Positions 6,805-11,167 of a DNA stretch of 11,167 bases are shown here, in pieces. Source of the DNA: an uncultured bacterium. Lineage in GTDB: Bacteria; Hydrogenedentota; Hydrogenedentia; Hydrogenedentales; JAEUWI01. Positions within the stretch are counted from its first letter, which is position 1. Each line of letters starts with the position of its first letter. A program made the translations under genes and the position numbers. Location: NCBI GenBank assembly GCA_963977445.1, contig CAXBPH010000230.1, positions 1 to 11,167 of the forward strand, read 5' to 3'. The notes under the pieces were generated by a model, which was not told where the DNA came from, ran no database searches, and saw only the letters and a program-made list of their open reading frames with translations.

Positions 6805-9177
6805 CTACTCCCGTTCTTTGAGTACTTCGACGAGATCGAGCCGCCGAATCTTTCGGCGGGCGGCCAGATTGGCCAGCAGGACGAAGGACATAGTCAATAG
6901 TATCGAAAATATATAGGTTCGCCGCGCGATATGAAAGGGCAGGCGAAACATGTCGTTGCTGTACGCCTCGACGAGTAAGGCGCAGATGCCCATGCCCATG
7001 GGTAACCCAATCACCACCCCCAGTGCGCCCATGAGGATATTCTCCATGTACATAATACGCCCCACTTCCGGAATGGAAAGGCCCAGGACGCGCAGGGAAG
7101 CGAGTTCCCGCTGCCGCTCCGACAGGGAGACGGCCGTGATATTGTAGATGATGGAAAAAGCGATAACACCTGCAAAAGCCAGCAGAATCGAATTGGTAAT
7201 GTTCATGCTCTGCCCCATGGTGTCCATCATGGATTGATAAGCATCTGCCTTGAAGCTGACCGCCGCCACGCCGCCGATGTCTTTCAGCCGTTTGTTGAGC
7301 ACGTCCCGACTACCCGAGTCGATGCGTAGGAGGGCGCTGGTGATCGCATACGGTTCGTTGAGCATACGACTCAGCGCGCCATGGTCCATATAGGCCGCCG
7401 TGCCGAGGAATTGCTGGGCCACAGCACGTACCGGCACCTCGTAGATTTGGTCGATGCGCCCCATGAGTGGCTCCAGGGTCACCATGTCACCCGGCCCCAC
7501 AGACAGGTCATCGGCAAGACTTTCCGCCAAAACCAATCCCCCATCGCCGAGGGGAAAAACATCCAGGTCGAAATTCATGACCCGCTGCATTTCTGCATCT
7601 TTCTCAATACCCACCACCACAATATCTTTCTTCTTCCACCCCACCCGAATTTCGAAGGGATACTCCAGGAGGCCCTCGGCCCGGCGCACGTTGGGAAAAC
7701 GGCTGGCCTCATAGAGCACATCGCGACCCTGCTCTTTCTGAAAACTCACCTTCACATCTTCCCGCTGCACATCCTGAAATTGAAAGTCCATACCAAACTG
7801 CACCGAGTCCGACATGAAGAATCCCATGAGCAGCAGGCTGAGAGAGATGGCTACACCAAAGCAGTTTACGGACGAACGAAAACGGTTGCGGGAAATATTG
7901 CGCAGTATCATTTTCCAGGTAAAACTGATGCGCCGCCAGATGAAGGGCAGGTATTCGAGCCAGATGCGGGCCACTCGACTGGGCGCTTCGGCCCGCATGG
8001 ACTCTGCCGGCTGAATCTGCGCCGCCTGAATGGCCGCCGTCAGGGCACCCAGCGTGGCAAATACCAGCGTGATGCCCATGGAGCGTGTGAGTACATCCAG
8101 ATAGACCCGGGATTCGAGTATGGGAAACTGATAGAACTGGACATAGATTTTGATCATGCCGCCGGCCATCCACTGGCCCAGCAGAAAGCCCGCCAGGCAT
8201 CCGGTTACGGCGAGAATGAGGCCATACTCGATGTAGTGGAAACCTACCGACCAATTGGAGTAGCCAAAGGCCTTCATGAGGCCAATCTGCGTGCGCTCTG
8301 TTCGAACCATGCGGTTCAACAGGATAAGGAGGATGAGTGCGGCAATCCCCAGGAACAGGGTGGGGATTATGCGAGCCGATACCCCCAGCCCCTTGATTTC
8401 GTCGGATATGAATCGATTGGACAGCTGGTTTTCCCGCTTGGTTTTCGCAAAAACGCCGTAGGGATCCAATAGCTTGTCCGCCTCATCAAGGATGACATCG
8501 AGTTGCTCGGGGTCGTCGACGAGGCCAATGATATTGTTGCAGGCGGACTTAAGGTCCAGAGCCGTTTCGGCAAATTCCTCGGGCACCCACAAGATGCCGA
8601 ATCGCTCCGGGCTGGGCACGAGGGCCTGCACATTGGGAATCATGTAGACATATTCGGGGGACGCACCAATGCCAACGATGCGTAAGCTGTACTTCTTGTT
8701 GTCCACAGAAATCTGGAATCGCCCCCCCACTTCCAATCCATTGGCACGGGCGAAATGCTCGCTCAGGATCGCCACCTGCTGCTCTCCCGTGTCGAAGTAG
8801 CGTCCCTGAAGCATAACCACATCATTGATGACCGGGGTATGGCGGGAGGGCATGGATATGAGACGGCCGATGCGGGGTTCATCCACCCCGTCAATGTCGA
8901 CGTTAACTTCTTCAACGATGCGCTTTCGCACCTGCCGAACACCGGGCAAATTCTCGAGTTTAAAAATAACCGTCTCGGGCGCGCGCTCCACCATGATTTC
9001 GAAGTCCGCAAAACGATTCTGCGTGTAATAGGTGTCCCGGGTCAGGCTCAGGTTCAAATAGGCCGAATAGACGCAGATGTAGGCCGCTATGCCGCACATG
9101 ACGACCGCAATAACCCCAAGGGACTGGGGCCAGGCGTAGAACATGGCCCGAAAGAGCTTCTTATGGAACGGGCTCAT
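6805..9177 (-). CDS. ABC transporter permease, MacB/FtsX family with two repeated halves (~790 aa)
   Basis: Two FtsX-type signatures (RTERTQIGLMKAFGYS; SERQRELASLRVLGLS), multiple TM segments and two large periplasmic regions. ATG 9177 overlaps the ATPase TGA (TGATG); an alternative GTG lies at 9180. Confidence 0.92.
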   Translation of the reverse strand: MSPFHKKLFRAMFYAWPQSLGVIAVVMCGIAAYICVYSAYLNLSLTRDTYYTQNRFADFEIMVERAPETVIFKLENLPGVRQVRKRIVEEVNVDIDGVDEPRIGRLISMPSRHTPVINDVVMLQGRYFDTGEQQVAILSEHFARANGLEVGGRFQISVDNKKYSLRIVGIGASPEYVYMIPNVQALVPSPERFGILWVPEEFAETALDLKSACNNIIGLVDDPEQLDVILDEADKLLDPYGVFAKTKRENQLSNRFISDEIKGLGVSARIIPTLFLGIAALILLILLNRMVRTERTQIGLMKAFGYSNWSVGFHYIEYGLILAVTGCLAGFLLGQWMAGGMIKIYVQFYQFPILESRVYLDVLTRSMGITLVFATLGALTAAIQAAQIQPAESMRAEAPSRVARIWLEYLPFIWRRISFTWKMILRNISRNRFRSSVNCFGVAISLSLLLMGFFMSDSVQFGMDFQFQDVQREDVKVSFQKEQGRDVLYEASRFPNVRRAEGLLEYPFEIRVGWKKKDIVVVGIEKDAEMQRVMNFDLDVFPLGDGGLVLAESLADDLSVGPGDMVTLEPLMGRIDQIYEVPVRAVAQQFLGTAAYMDHGALSRMLNEPYAITSALLRIDSGSRDVLNKRLKDIGGVAAVSFKADAYQSMMDTMGQSMNITNSILLAFAGVIAFSIIYNITAVSLSERQRELASLRVLGLSIPEVGRIMYMENILMGALGVVIGLPMGMGICALLVEAYSNDMFRLPFHIARRTYIFSILLTMSFVLLANLAARRKIRRLDLVEVLKERE

Positions 9178-9911
9178 CACCAGGCCAGGTCGTCAACGGA
9201 TTGACGCTTCTCATTAATGGTAATGTGGTGCACTTCGCCGTCGCGCATTTCAACTACCCTATCGGCCAGGCCTGCGATGGAAGCATTGTGTGTAATCAGG
9301 ATCAAGGTCGTCTGGACGCGACGATTAATCTCACACAGCGCTTCGAGCACCACTTTTCCGGTGGCAATATCGAGCGCCCCCGTTGGCTCGTCGCAAAGGA
9401 GAATTTCCGGACGTTTCGCTACCGCTCGGGCAATGGCCACCCGCTGCTGTTCGCCACCCGATAGCTGGGAGGGAAAGTGGGTGCGCCGTTCACCCAGGTG
9501 AACCATATCCAATGCCTCCGCAGGTGCCATGGGGTCTGTGGAAATTTCTGTTGCCAATTCCACATTCTCCTCGGCCGTCAGATTGGGCATGAGGTTGTAG
9601 AATTGGAAAACAAATCCGATGTGTTTACGGCGATACTGGGTGCGTTGAGATTCGTTGAAACGAGCCAGGTCTTGCCCGCGAAACATGACTTCACCCCGGG
9701 TGGGTGCGTCCAATCCACCGATAATATTGAGGAGAGTGCTCTTACCGGAACCACTTGGACCAAGGATCACCAGCAGCTCGCCGCGTTGAATGGTGAGGGA
9801 CGCGCCGCGCAAGGCGGGCACCACCACTTCACCCATGGTGTACTCTTTGCACACGCCGCGAAGTTCAAACAGCACCGAGGGTGTTGTTTCGACGGTGGAT
9901 GTTGTATTCAA
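9177..9911 (-). CDS. ABC transporter ATP-binding protein, LolD/MacB-like
   Basis: Walker A GPSGSGKS, Q-loop GFVFQFYNL, signature LSGGEQQRV, Walker B ILLCDEPTGALD, H-loop ITHN. TTG start preceded by AGAGAGGTG. Confidence 0.95.
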   Translation of the reverse strand: MNTTSTVETTPSVLFELRGVCKEYTMGEVVVPALRGASLTIQRGELLVILGPSGSGKSTLLNIIGGLDAPTRGEVMFRGQDLARFNESQRTQYRRKHIGFVFQFYNLMPNLTAEENVELATEISTDPMAPAEALDMVHLGERRTHFPSQLSGGEQQRVAIARAVAKRPEILLCDEPTGALDIATGKVVLEALCEINRRVQTTLILITHNASIAGLADRVVEMRDGEVHHITINEKRQSVDDLAW

Positions 9912-10048
9912 GGGGACACCTCTCTTGCGATATCGATACGATGGACGTCAAGCCGTACGTTCGTTGCGAACCCACAGGTCCATACCCTTGAAGAGTGGTG
10001 TTTATTCGTCTCAACCCGTCGAGACGCCCTCAAATCGTCCATGCGCCG

Positions 10049-11167
10049 CTACCCTTTTGCGCGATGCATCGCCGCAACATATTGCTTGATGCGCGCATCC
10101 AGAATGTTCAAAAACTTTGCATGCAGCTCCGGATTGGAAGCCGCGATAAGGGACTGGTGATTGTTTTCCGAACTATCTAACAGCAATACATCCTCAAAGT
10201 TATTGCCATAGGCATCCGTCACCACACACCCCGCCTCTTCCGCCAGCAACAGGGCCGCCGCCATGTCATACGGCGCGATACCCAGAATAGTGCCTCGGCC
10301 CGCGTTGATGAATTGGTCGCGCACGAGGTCCGGGATATCCTTCATGTAACGCGCGGCAAAATCTACACAGGCGTCCAGCTGATCGGTCAATAAGCGCGTC
10401 AAGCTGAAGGAAGTGCTGTTGCAGGCAAAAAATCCGCCCTTGAGACTCGTAAGATCGATAAGGGGTGCCGCCGTTGGAAATATCAACGAGGCTGGGCGCG
10501 CCGGGACCGTCATGGACCAGGCGACGGTCTCGAGGTCGGTATTGGTGGACACTTTGGGCTTTTTGGATTTGCCATTCACATAGATCCGCGTGCCTTTGCC
10601 CCGCTCCGCATAAAAAGTCCGCTCGCCGACGATTTCTGTAACGCACGCCGTGTCCACATCAATCATGGTCGGTCGTTCGATCACGCGGGTGCTGGCAATC
10701 GCCACGACACAACCTTCGAAGCCATTCATGGCCGCGCGGGTTCCATCGATGGGGTCTACCACGAGAAGGTGCTTGGGAGGCTCGCTGGAAAAGGTGGAAT
10801 AACCGGAATCTTCTGAATAGTAGGCAACGGGAGCGCGTTGTCCTTTGAGATAGTTCAACAGCGCCCGTTCGGCCACTTTGTCTATTTCAAAGGTCGCATC
10901 ACCGCTTACGGCAACGTCCACGACCTCACGACCACGCACCTGGCGGACCATGGGCTCCACAGCGGACCTGATTGCCTCGGAAAGCCCGAAAAGAAACTGG
11001 CGTGACAATATTTTGCCGGTTCCACGGGATACCGCCGGGACCTTTTTGGCGGGCGCGGCCGCTTTGGGGGCCGCAGCGGACTTTGCCGCCGTTTTGGGCT
11101 TTGCCTTGGCCGCTGCCTTGGCACTGGGCTTCGCTGCGGCCTTGGGCTTCGCTGCGGCCTTGGGCTT
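10049..11167 (-). CDS. Inositol monophosphatase/FBPase-like (FIG superfamily) phosphatase with N-terminal Lys/Ala/Pro-rich extension; 5' end probably lies outside the window
   Basis: Motifs GDATFEIDKVAE, YYSEDSG, VVDPIDGT, PYDMAAALLLAEEAGCVVTDAYG. The 53 codons from 11167 to 11009 are in frame and stop-free (KPKAAAKPKAAAKPSAKAAAKAKPKTAAKSAAAPKAAAPAKKVPAVSRGTGKI). No clear SD precedes the TTG at 11008. Confidence 0.85.
   Translation of the reverse strand, partial: KPKAAAKPKAAAKPSAKAAAKAKPKTAAKSAAAPKAAAPAKKVPAVSRGTGKILSRQFLFGLSEAIRSAVEPMVRQVRGREVVDVAVSGDATFEIDKVAERALLNYLKGQRAPVAYYSEDSGYSTFSSEPPKHLLVVDPIDGTRAAMNGFEGCVVAIASTRVIERPTMIDVDTACVTEIVGERTFYAERGKGTRIYVNGKSKKPKVSTNTDLETVAWSMTVPARPASLIFPTAAPLIDLTSLKGGFFACNSTSFSLTRLLTDQLDACVDFAARYMKDIPDLVRDQFINAGRGTILGIAPYDMAAALLLAEEAGCVVTDAYGNNFEDVLLLDSSENNHQSLIAASNPELHAKFLNILDARIKQYVAAMHRAKG
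11125..11167 (-). repeat. Perfect 18-bp coding tandem repeat (KPKAAA units), at least 2.4 copies, truncated by the window edge
   Basis: GGGCTTCGCTGCGGCCTT at 11126-11143 and 11144-11161, plus a partial GGGCTT to 11167. Confidence 0.9.

Noticed and set aside
6100..8472. Long plus-strand ORFs (6100-6900, 7381-8472) and similar ones at 1591-2181, 4662-5264 and 9477-10160
   Set aside because: Antisense to well-supported genes, as expected from codon bias in GC-rich DNA, with no domain-like features.
9900..9911. ABC ATPase and lipoprotein both begin MNTT
   Set aside because: Similarity is limited to about 10 nt and is most simply coincidence or AT-rich 5' codon bias.
10007..10026. Hairpin CGTCTCAAC-CC-GTCGAGACG after the phosphatase gene as an intrinsic terminator
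   Set aside because: The stem is real, but on the transcribed (minus) strand it is followed by AATAAA rather than a U-tract, so a terminator call is not supported.
11006..11008. TTG start for the IMPase-like gene
   Set aside because: No clear SD, and the upstream frame is open with coherent K/A/P-repeat coding. It is more likely an internal Leu codon.

Overview
GC-rich bacterial chromosomal window with all credible genes on the minus strand. In transcription order (right to left): an inositol-monophosphatase/FBPase-like (FIG family) gene whose frame stays open to the window edge and carries an N-terminal histone-H1-like Lys/Ala/Pro repeat region missed by the ORF track; a MacAB/FtsX-type ABC exporter operon (ATPase, large permease, HlyD-type adaptor); a secreted SGNH/GDSL hydrolase; a lower-GC predicted 7-blade beta-propeller lipoprotein; and the conserved xseA-xseB-ispA operon (ispA truncated, absent from the ORF track). 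There are no rRNA, tRNA, CRISPR or transposase genes. The most notable oddities are an XseB with an SSB-like disordered linker and acidic-aromatic tip, the H1-like/IMPase fusion, heptamer arrays that supply the stop codons of two adjacent genes, and a cluster of REP-like hairpins upstream of xseA. Product calls come from motif recognition by eye, not database searches.
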